Positions 24,062 to 32,888 of a stretch of DNA of 32,888 bases are shown one piece after another. The notes under the pieces were generated by a model that made no database searches, had not been told where the DNA came from, and saw nothing but the letters and a program-made list of their open reading frames with translations. The stretch spans positions 8,475,231 to 8,508,118 of the forward strand of contig JARFOE010000162.1 in NCBI GenBank assembly GCA_031763465.1, in the 5' to 3' direction. Position 1 is the stretch's first letter. Each line of letters starts with the position of its first letter. The position numbers and the translations under genes were made by a program. The stretch is from Squatina squatina. Taxonomy: Eukaryota.

Positions 24062-24590
24062 GCGTGCACAAATTTATTCACCACATAGTGTGGCTAAGGT
24101 GCAGCTTTGCTTCACCAGGCTGCTCACTTTTAGATCAAATCCAAAATGGAATGGCTATAAATAGGCATATCTGAGATCAATTAGCAGTCAATTGCTATTG
24201 GTGGGGAGAACAACTGCACGACCTTACTGCAATCCCATAAGTTGAAGCGATCCTGGGACTTCCAGCACGGGAGGTGGCCAGCATATGGATCATCGCGCCT
24301 GTGCAGAGAGCTGAGAGAGTCGGTGGAGCAGAGCCTCTCCTCGAGAACACAAGAGTTCAACAGCTCTGTACTAGGGAGACATTACTCGGTGGATTTTTCA
24401 CAGACTAATTAGCCAATAATGAACTCAGGGATGCTACTCTGTCGCCTTGTCTGACTGCATCAATGACTGTTTCGCCGCACAGTTTTAACCTTCTGCTGAT
24501 ACAATCACTGCTTAGGCCCAAAACAGACACCCTTTCATGTTTACTATTAGGCCCGGACCCTGATAGCCATGACAACCGCTTTCAGCCAGT

Positions 24591-24860
24591 GTCAGCTGTG
24601 GCTCAGTGGGCAGCGCTCTCGCCTCTGAGTCAGAAGGTTGCGGGTTCAAGTTCCACTCCAGAGACTAGAGCACTAGGCCAACACTCTGGTGAAGTACTGA
24701 GGGAGCGCTGCACTCTCGGGAGGTGCCGTCTTTCGAATGAGACGTCTCAGGCGGACATAAAAGATCCCATGACATTATTTCTAAGGAGAGCAAGGGAGTT
24801 ATTCCTGATGTCCTGGCCAATATTTATCCCTCAATCAACATTAAAAAAAACCAGATTATC
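24591..24860 (+). mobile_element. tRNA-derived Deu-domain SINE (SacSINE1-like), 5' part
   Basis: Pol III A box TGGCTCAGTGGG (24599-24610) and B box GGTTCAAGTTC (24643-24653), then GTACTGAGGGAGCGCTGCAC..GGAGGTGCCGTCTTTCG and TAAAAGATCCCATGAC...GTCCTGGCCAATATTTATCCCTCAA. Confidence 0.85.
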
Positions 24861-24934
24861 AGCCATGATCATCTTGAATGGCGGTGCAGGCTCGAAGGGC
24901 CTAATGGCCTACTCCTGCACCTATTTTCTATGTT
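24858..24934 (+). mobile_element. Young CR1/HER1-like 3' tail joined to the SINE
   Basis: 76/77 identical to the reverse complement of 10398-10474. Ends in TTTTCTATGTT at an N gap. Confidence 0.88.
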
Positions 24935-25034
24935 NNNNNNNNNNNNNNNNNNNNNNNNNNNNNNNNNNNNNNNNNNNNNNNNNNNNNNNNNNNNNNNNNN
25001 NNNNNNNNNNNNNNNNNNNNNNNNNNNNNNNNNN

Positions 25035-25108
25035 CAAATCCCCTCGCTAAGACGGCCAACATATCATTTGCTTTCTCAACCGCCTGCTGTACCTGCATGC
25101 TTACTTCA
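25035..25108 (-). mobile_element. CR1 ORF2 fragment
   Basis: SMQVQQAVEKANDMLAVLARGF matches the CR1 'Q.QQAVKKAN.ML.FI.RG' motif. Confidence 0.8.
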
Positions 25109-25109
25109 T

Positions 25110-26025
25110 AATGAAACAGTGGTATTGGAGACAATAATACGTTGCAAGGAACCAGATATAGTAGGGATTACTGATCATGGCTACAGAAAAATTAGAACTG
25201 GGAATTAAGCTTGCAGGGCATTACGTATTTAGTAAATATAGAGAAGGAAAAAGAGGAGGTGGAGTTATTAGGGATAAAATAATGACAGTACAAAAAAGTG
25301 CCGGAGCTATCAACAAGACAGAAATAGAATCCATGTGGACAAAGATAAAAGATAATAAAGGATCAACCACACTAATTGGGATAGTCTACAGACCACCTTA
25401 TAGTGGAAGGGAGATGGAGGACGAAGTACATAGAAAAATTAGGAAAATGAATAAAAAACATAGAATAATAATCAGGGGACATTTCAACCACCCCATATTA
25501 ATTGGCCTGAAGAAGAATGTAAAGGGGATAAGGAATGGAGTTCCTTCAATATGTACAGGAAGCCTTTCTAACCAAATATGTAAGAAGCCCAACAAGGGAG
25601 GATTTGCTACTGGATCTAGTAAGAGAAGTAAAATTAGGGGGACATCTAGGCAATAGTAACCATAATATAATATGCTTTAAGATAATAATTGAGAAGGACA
25701 TAAGCATGATGAAGACCAAGTTAACAGATTGGGGAAATGCCATTTTTTAGGGGCTGAGAATAGAACTTTGGAAAATAAAATGAACAACGGTATTGTCAAA
25801 CAATGATGTAGAATACGAATGGGAAACATTTAAAATGGTGTTCAACAGAGTCCAGGAAAAATATACTCCACCAAAATACAAGAGGAAGATAAACACCAAT
25901 GACACACCAAGAATAAATAAAGCTATAAGGGAAAAATTGAGGGTAAGGAAACAGGCGTACACTAAATACATGGAGAGCATGACAAGGGACAATACAAAAC
26001 GATTAGGAGAAAAATCAAAGATCAT
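25110..26025 (+). mobile_element. CR1 LINE ORF2 endonuclease (APE) region, frameshifted
   Basis: Motifs appear in the expected order across frames: EPDIVGITD, REGKRGGGV, TLIGIVYRPP, IIIRGHFNHP (GDFN), FLTKYVRSPTREDLLLDLV, HLGNSNHNII (SDH), WETFK, PRINKAIREKLR. Confidence 0.9.
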
Positions 26026-26034
26026 GACATCATA

Positions 26035-26593
26035 AAGTGCGCAGTGCCCTGTTAATGCCCCGGATGTAAAACTGACTCTTGCCTCCTGCTGTATTGCCTT
26101 GCGCCAACAATGACAGCAAGAGGCGGCATTGTGAACTCAACTTACCACTTGAGAAGCAGTAACTAAAGGGAATGCTTTTCAGCTAGCGCAGCCTTTATTA
26201 TTTGCACCAGTCTGGTGCCTGCACAAAGTTTTTTGTGTTTCACTGGTGCAAGATGTCCAAGCCCTCCACTTTGTGAGTGTGTTTGGGGCTGTAATGGCAG
26301 TTCTGCAGGTTGCCTTGCAACACAGAACTGCTGACAAGTAGGTTATGCACCAACATTAGCCCGTCCCTTTAAGTGAAGGGAGCAGCCGCTGATGTTGTTA
26401 GCAATGTGCTGCAAATTGTTCAGCGCTCTGCTGTGACCACCCCACTCTCGGACTTTAGCACCCTCCGAAAAGTGGTTAGCGCTTGATTTAGTGCTCCGCT
26501 TCCTTCTTGGAGCGCAAATGCTGAACATTTTAACATTTTGAAATCGTTAGTGCCTGATGCTAACTTTTCAAACTTTTAAAAATTATCGTCCCA
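26035..26593. mobile_element. Second copy (partial) of the 3105-3840 element family
   Basis: GCGCTTGATTTAGTGCTCCGCTTCCTTCTTGGAGCGCAAA and TTAGTGCCTGATGCTAACTTTTCAAA align with GTGCTTGATTTAGCTCTCCACTTCCTCCCTGGAGCGCAAA and TCAGCGCCTGACGCTAATTTTTCAAA at 3720-3814. Confidence 0.65.
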
Positions 26594-26789
26594 AACTAAA
26601 TTACAACAACATGTTTTAAAAATTAGAAGTTGTTGTGATTACCACATGTAATCGCTTCTCAAACTTGGCAGTTTGTTTGTTGGGGAAAGAATGGAGTTTG
26701 TCACTGGGACACAATGCCAACCAAAGATAGCACAGGAAATGCATCAGCTTGTAGTGTGTAAATAGGTTTTGTAAAACTCGTGTAAAATA

Positions 26790-29088
26790 ACTGTATACAG
26801 TTACTATGCAAACTACCCATGTACATAACCTGTGTACGGTACATATGTGCTGTATCCATGGGCATTTATAGAGTACCTTTGTAAAGTATCCATTAAGATA
26901 TCTGTGTACAGTACCCATGTATAGTACTGTGTACCATCCCTATTTACCGTACCTGTATACAATACTCATGTGCAGTATTGTGTACAATATCTATTTACAG
27001 TACCCGTGTACATACCCGTATACAGTACCCATGTTAAGTACTGTGTACAATATCTATTTACAGTACCTGTTACATTACCTGTGTGCAGCACTGTGTGCAA
27101 TATCTAATTGCAGTACCCCTGTACAATACTGTGTACAATATCCATTTACAGTATCTGTATACAGTATCCATGTACACTACTATGTACAATATCTATTTAC
27201 AGTACCTGTATACAGTACAGAGTATGATTTCTATTTACATTACCTATGTACAGTAATGTGTACAATATCTATTTACAGTGCCTGTATAAAGGACACATAT
27301 ACACTACTGTGTACAATATCTATTTACAGTACCTGTATACAGTACTGAGTATAATGTCTATTTACAATACCTGTGTACAGTACTGTATACAATATCGCTT
27401 TACAGTACCTGTATACAGTACTGTGTACAATATCTATTTACAGTACCCATGAACAATACTGTATACAATATCTATTTGCAGTACCTGTATACAGTACTGT
27501 GTAAAATATCTATTTACACTACCCGTGTTCAGTTCTGTGTAAAGGAACTATTTACAGTACCTGTATACAGTACTGTGTACAATATCTATTAACAATACCT
27601 GTGTACTGTACTGTGCTCAATATCTATCTACAGTACCATGTACAGTACTGTGTAAAATATCTATTTATAGTACCTGTATACAGTACTGTGTACAATATCT
27701 ATTTACAGTACCTGTGTACAATACTGTGTACAACATCTATCTATATTACATGTATACCATACTCATGTGAAGTACTGTGTACAATATCTATTTACATTAA
27801 CCGTGTGCAGTGCTGTGTACAATATCTATTTACATTAACTGTGTGCAGTTCTGTGTGGAATATCTATTTACAGTACCCGTGTACAATACTGTGTACAATA
27901 TCTATTTACAGTACCTGTGTGCAGCACTATGCACAATATCTATTTACAATGCCCATGTACAGTCCTGTGTGCAATATCTATTTACAGTATATGTGTAAAA
28001 CACTGTGTATAATATATATTTACAGTATCTGTGTGCAGAACTGTGTACAATATCTATTTAGAATACCTATATGCAATAGTATGTACAATATATATTTACA
28101 GTACCAGGTACAGTACTGTGTACAATATCTATTTATAGTATCTGAATACCGTACTGAATATAATGTCTATTTACAGTACCTGTGTACAGTACTGTATACA
28201 ATATCTCTTTACAGTACCTGTATACAGGACTGCGTACACTATCTATTTACAGTACCCATGTACAATACTGTATACAATATCTATTTACAGTACCTGTATA
28301 CAATACTGTGTAAAATATCTATTTACACTACCCGTGTTCAGTAGTGTGTAAAGTATCTATTTACAGTACCCATGTACAGTACTGTGTACAATATTTATTT
28401 ACAGTACCTGTGTACTCTATTGTGCTCAATATCTTTTTACAGTACCATGTACAGTACTGTGTAAAATATCTATTTACAGTACCTGTATACAGTACTGTGT
28501 ACAATATCTATTCACAGTACCTGTGTGCAGTGCTGTGTACAATATCTATTTACGTTAACCGTGTGCCGTACTGTGTACAGTATCGATTTACAGTACCTGT
28601 GTGCAGTTCTGTGTGGAATATCTATTTACAGTACTCGTGTACAATACTGTGTACAATATCTATTTACAGTACCTGTACGCAGTACTGTGTGCAATATCTA
28701 TTAACAATGCCCGTGTACAGTACTGTGTGCAATATCTATTTACAGTATACGTGTAAAACACTGTACAATATATATTTACTGTACCTGTGTGCAGAACTGT
28801 GTACAATATCTATTCAGAATACCCATATGCAGTAGTATGTACAATATCTATTTACAGTACCCGGGTACAGTACTGTGTTCAATATCTATTCATAATATCC
28901 TTGTACAATACTGTGTACAATATCTATTCATAATATCCTTGTACAATACTGTGTACAATATCTATTTACAATACCTGTGTGGATGACTGTGTGCAATATA
29001 TATTTACAGTACCTTGTACAGTACTGTGTACAATATCTATTCACAGTACTTGTATACAGTATTGTGTACAATATCCATTTACAGTATA
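26790..29088. repeat. ~2.3 kb minisatellite, 38-bp unit ACAGTACTGTGTACAATATCTATTTACAGTACCTGTGT
   Basis: CTATTT recurs at 38-bp spacing (e.g. 27661 and 27699), giving roughly 55-60 divergent units. The left edge is degenerate. Confidence 0.95.
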
Positions 29089-29090
29089 TA

Positions 29091-29257
29091 AACAAAACAT
29101 GCTGGAAACACTCAGCGGGCTAGGCAGCACCTGTGGAGAGAAAAACAGAGTTAACGTTTTGGGTTGATGGCTGTTCGTCAGAACTGAAAAAAGACAGAAA
29201 TACAGGAGGTTTTGAAGCACCGGCAGGGGAAGGAAAAGGGTGGCGAGGGGGGAGGGG
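29091..29257 (-). mobile_element. Penelope-like element terminus with decayed minimal hammerhead motif
   Basis: Minus strand reads CAGTTCTGACGAACAGCCATCAACCCAAAACGTTAACTCTGTTTTTCTCTCCACAGGTGCTGCCTAGCCCGCTGAGTGTTTCCAGCATG. This matches the recalled abundant shark PLE end. Confidence 0.7.
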
Positions 29258-30099
29258 NNNNNNNNNNNNNNNNNNNNNNNNNNNNNNNNNNNNNNNNNNN
29301 NNNNNNNNNNNNNNNNNNNNNNNNNNNNNNNNNNNNNNNNNNNNNNNNNNNNNNNNNGTATAAATTGGAAATGTCACACTTTAGACACTAGAGAGTTGAA
29401 TACATGTAAACTGAAAGTGTTGTGCATGGATTCAAATTACTGGAGCTCCTGCACTTTGAAGTACAGGCCCCTTTAGGTCTGTCACCGATGTAATCTGATT
29501 TTCTGCATTAGTGCTGCTTTGGGAAGTGATATAAAGCAAATGTCGCCTGCACTTGATTACAAACCAGATGTGTTAAGGCCTTACTCTGTGAGCAGCTATC
29601 ACATTAATTGTCTAGAGAGCTTTGGAGATATGCAGATTGGAGAACGGATTGTGAAATTGATTATTGCTGTTGTTGAAACATACTTCAGACACAATATGGG
29701 GTTTTGAATTACTCTGATTTCACAAAATACTATCTTGTGTTTTGTTTACTCCATGGTCCAAATGTCTACTGTGATTTTATTATAGTGTTGCATTTCTGAT
29801 ATTATCTATTGATTGCTGTCTATTACCAACTGTGTGCAGCCTGGAACTACAATCCAGCATTAGCCAGCTGTGAAAAATGAATGACAATAAGAAGGCACGT
29901 TCTCCACAGGATGAAAGAGAGCAAAGTATTGTGGGTGAATAACTGAAGTATTTTCATTCATGTGTAAAGTGGCTTAACGTTACAGTGTTTAGTTTTAATN
30001 NNNNNNNNNNNNNNNNNNNNNNNNNNNNNNNNNNNNNNNNNNNNNNNNNNNNNNNNNNNNNNNNNNNNNNNNNNNNNNNNNNNNNNNNNNNNNNNNNNN

Positions 30100-30330
30100 A
30101 GGGCAGGTACAGCACGGGTTAGATACAGAGTAAAGCTCCCTCTCCACTGTCCCATCAAACACTCCCAGGGCAGGTATGGCAGGGGTTATATAGATTGTAA
30201 AGCTCCTTCTACACAGTCCCGAACACTCCCAGGTCAGGTAGAGCATGGGTTAGATGCAGAGTAAAGCTCCTTCTACACTGTCCCAAACACTTCCAGGTCA
30301 CATACAGCACAGGATAGACAGGATAAAGTT
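30100..30330. repeat. 64-67 bp tandem repeat, ~3.5 visible copies, extending into gap
   Basis: Unit AGGGCAGGTACAGCACGGGTTAGATACAGAGTAAAGCTCCCTCTCCACTGTCCCATCAAACACTCCC starts at 30100, 30167, 30231 and 30295. Confidence 0.9.
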
Positions 30331-30349
30331 ACCTGTGTGTGGCCCTGGC

Positions 30350-30625
30350 TTCGACTCTGTCAACGTGCTGCTCATCCGCAAGTACATGGTCAGCTTGTAC
30401 ATGTATGCCACAGACGTTCAAACTCTGACCTTCTCTGTGACCATTAATAACTGTTACCATATTTCCGACAGCCTGTTTGCCACTAAGTCTGGGATGAGTG
30501 GCAATTTCCTTCAGCTCAGTATAGACAGAATCAATGTTATCGCTTCTGAATTACTGAGGATGAGCAGTCACGCACATAAAAAAACTGCTTGAGGAAGACA
30601 CTGGAGAATCTTGAAGGTGGTGTTT
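30350..30625 (+). mobile_element. Old L2 LINE RT fragment
   Basis: LIRKYMVSLYMYATDVQT (from IRKHGVSFHMYADDTQL) and ISDSLFATKSGMSGNFLQLSIDR (from LSDCLSDIKSWMS.NFLQLN..K). Confidence 0.75.
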
Positions 30626-30689
30626 TAATGTATAGGTAGTGGCAGGAGAGTTGAGGGATAGGGCAAAATGGGAGTGCCCACTGAAATTC

Positions 30690-30836
30690 CTTGCAGGGGC
30701 AGAGTGGATAGCCTAGACTGGTGGGGCTGTCCCACTGGTAAGAAAAGATTGCTGTCAGTGAGCCATGTGTCGGTCGGAATGTCAATGTGCTCCTCCAGGA
30801 TGAAGTCATGGAGGAGGAGTTGGACAAAGCCAACCC
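30690..30836 (-). mobile_element. Probable L2 endonuclease N-terminal fragment
   Basis: LLLHDFILEEHIDIPTDTWLTDS resembles the APE motif 'L.DFI....IDI.ALTETWL'. Confidence 0.5.
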
Positions 30837-30840
30837 TAAT

Positions 30841-30904
30841 CATAGGAATTTCATAAAAATTTACAGCACAGAAGGAGGCCATTTGGCCTATCGTGTCTGT
30901 GCCA
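30841..30904 (-). mobile_element. Short CR1 3' tail
   Basis: TTACAGCACAGAAGGAGGCCATTTGGCCTATCGTGTCTGTGCC, as at 23092-23135. Confidence 0.7.
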
Positions 30905-31520
30905 CGAATGGTGGACAACCATCTGAATTTCTGGCTTCATGGGGACAAGCAGGCACTCGAGATGTGGCCACAGTGGCCGTGCAAGTCAGGTGCCCCGTGA
31001 CTTCACAAACTCTAGCATGATCACTGCGTAACCACCAGGATTGCAAACCGTAGATTTGCAGGACCTACATTTTCATAAAATTAAATGCAGTTAGCGAGCT
31101 GATATCATCTGTACCTGTTAATGTTTTATGTTTGAGCAATTCTTTTACATTAAAAAGGTACCTTCTTTTTCAGTTGGCACAAGAATTGAGAAATTATTTG
31201 TTTAAACAAAAGCTAAAATTAGAATTAAAATGAGCTCAAATCATTATAAGATGGAGCATGGCTTCTTCTGCTCCCACCACCATTCTTCAAACAAAATGGT
31301 GCCCAGGGCAGAATTAATGTGCTACATGTGAACATCAGTGCAACTGGAATAGAATTTGCATTGAGACCAGAGGTCTATTGCAATTTTTATGCAGTTGTAC
31401 TCTTGTTTCTGCAGTTTTATATGTATAATCAAAATTATTCAGCAGGGAAAGTGAGGGACTTTAGAAGCAAAATGATTGATCTTGATAGGCTCATATATTC
31501 AGTTAAATTACTCATGTATT

Positions 31521-31596
31521 GACTAATTGAATAGCTCTTGCAAAGATCAGGCACAGGCTCGATGGGCCAAATGGCCCGCTGTGCTGTATGATTCTG
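31521..31596 (+). mobile_element. Short CR1 3' tail (second subfamily)
   Basis: GACTAATTGAATAGCTCTTGCAAAGATCAGGCACAGGCTCGATGGGCCAAATGGCC..CTGTGCTGTATGATTCT is a reverse-complement homolog of 23095-23164. Confidence 0.75.
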
Positions 31597-32888
31597 CGGT
31601 GTTGTATGTTCTGTGGAAGGCTTGGGTAAATGGGTCCTATATAATGTTAAGTAGCTGCTGCAGTCTAGCCTTGGCACTGCAGACCGATGCTGTTAACTTG
31701 TAGAATTTTGTTAGTCACGCAGAGCAATTGCACAGCAGTCTGCGAGTACAGCACATTGCCAGGTCCCGCTTTGCATCCTGACGTTCCTTCAGCACTGCAG
31801 CTCCAGTTAATTAACTGCTATTTATCACCCTGACACTTTCATATTGCCCCGTCTGTTTACTCGCATCGATTGCTGCCTCTAGGCGCTGTACTCCGGGGGA
31901 GTTTAACCTTTGACGCACCTTTCTCCCTTTCATCTGGCACTTTAACAATTATGAGGGATTTGCTTGTGTCAGCCCAAGTGGGACCGTCTTTATTTTGCTG
32001 TAAGAAACTGCAGATGAACTGTATAAATAAGGTCCATGTGAAGCATAGTGGTAGCCAAATACAATGATGTGCAATATTTTATTCATTGAATCCAGTCATT
32101 TTCCTCTGTTTCTCCCCTTCCGATACCACCTTCCTGAATGTGGGATGGTGTGCATTGGGTACCTAACTAAGGCCAGCACTAATACTGTGACTGACAGGTT
32201 GAACTTTACAGAGCAGAATAGTTGCCCTTGATACCTACAACCCTTCCAGAGTGAGAACCCATTACTGTGCACTCAGAGCTACTTCAGTTATTTAAAGAGC
32301 TACTTCAGGATAAGGTCTTTCAAAGACATTATCCTATGTTTTAATGTTTCTACAACTCCATATTAAAATCTCCTTTTTTTGTAATCTGATCTAATTTTTA
32401 ACTCATTAAAATATACTTATTTAAATTTTCCATGCCAATTTATCTGGTCTCCATTTTCATTGGATCCTTCCCTTTTCTGCATTTCAGTGTCCAGGGAAGT
32501 AAAGAGGCAGAGTGGAGGAAATTTGAATTTTTGTTTTAATGTATCTACAGTATTTATTAATGCTGCTGTTAATACTGTAACAGAGATATTTTGATGTCAC
32601 AGTGTGAGTTAAAAGATTAGAGTTAATAAAGCACAGGATTCTCTGGAGCTTCTGAGAGTCTCTGGGGTAAAATTTAATTTGCTAACTAAGTATTACTAAG
32701 CCACTGCTTTCGAAGTATCTCCATACTGACAGGGTAGGGCAGACAAAACCCATGATAGTGGGAGCTTCTATTTTAGTGTGGGCCCACTGAGAATGACCAC
32801 AGCGCTCAAAGGGTGCCACAACAATAAGTTCAGCTGCCGGCTGCAAGTCACACTATATATGGGGCCTGAAATTTGGGACTTTTTAGCT

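Noticed and set aside
24595-24665. tRNA gene
   Set aside because: A/B boxes continue directly into SINE body sequence, with no convincing acceptor stem or terminator.
26790-29088. CRISPR-like periodicity and long ORFs (e.g. 27601-28344, 247 aa)
   Set aside because: Units are head-to-tail with no unique spacers, there are no cas genes, and the context is vertebrate. The ORFs are translations of the repeat.
30808-30845. MEEELDKANPN resembling KCC exon 3 start (EEMD/EELD)
   Set aside because: No following PMVSSLL-like sequence. The minus strand fits an L2 endonuclease fragment better.

Overview
Eukaryotic, repeat-rich vertebrate DNA. The repeat families (shark-type CR1/HER1-like tails, Deu-domain SINEs, a 64-67 bp GC-rich minisatellite, a Penelope terminus) point to a cartilaginous fish. 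The scaffold is a draft, with twelve 100-N gaps and one 10-N gap. The only recognisable host coding sequence is a 95-bp + strand exon (20723-20817, AG...GT) encoding [32 protein letters not shown], which matches exon 2 of the neuronal K-Cl cotransporter KCC2 (SLC12A5). The rest is therefore probably introns 1 and 2 of slc12a5. These hold decayed CR1 and L2 LINEs, tRNA-derived Deu-type SINEs, several PIF/Harbinger-like and hAT-like non-autonomous elements with TIRs/TSDs, a Harbinger Myb/SANT gene remnant, a Penelope end with a decayed hammerhead ribozyme, and a ~2.3 kb 38-bp palindromic minisatellite with a higher-order duplication. The listed ORFs are almost all spurious or TE-derived. I see no convincing novel multi-gene system; the findings are modest leads. 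Family names come from recall, not from database searches.
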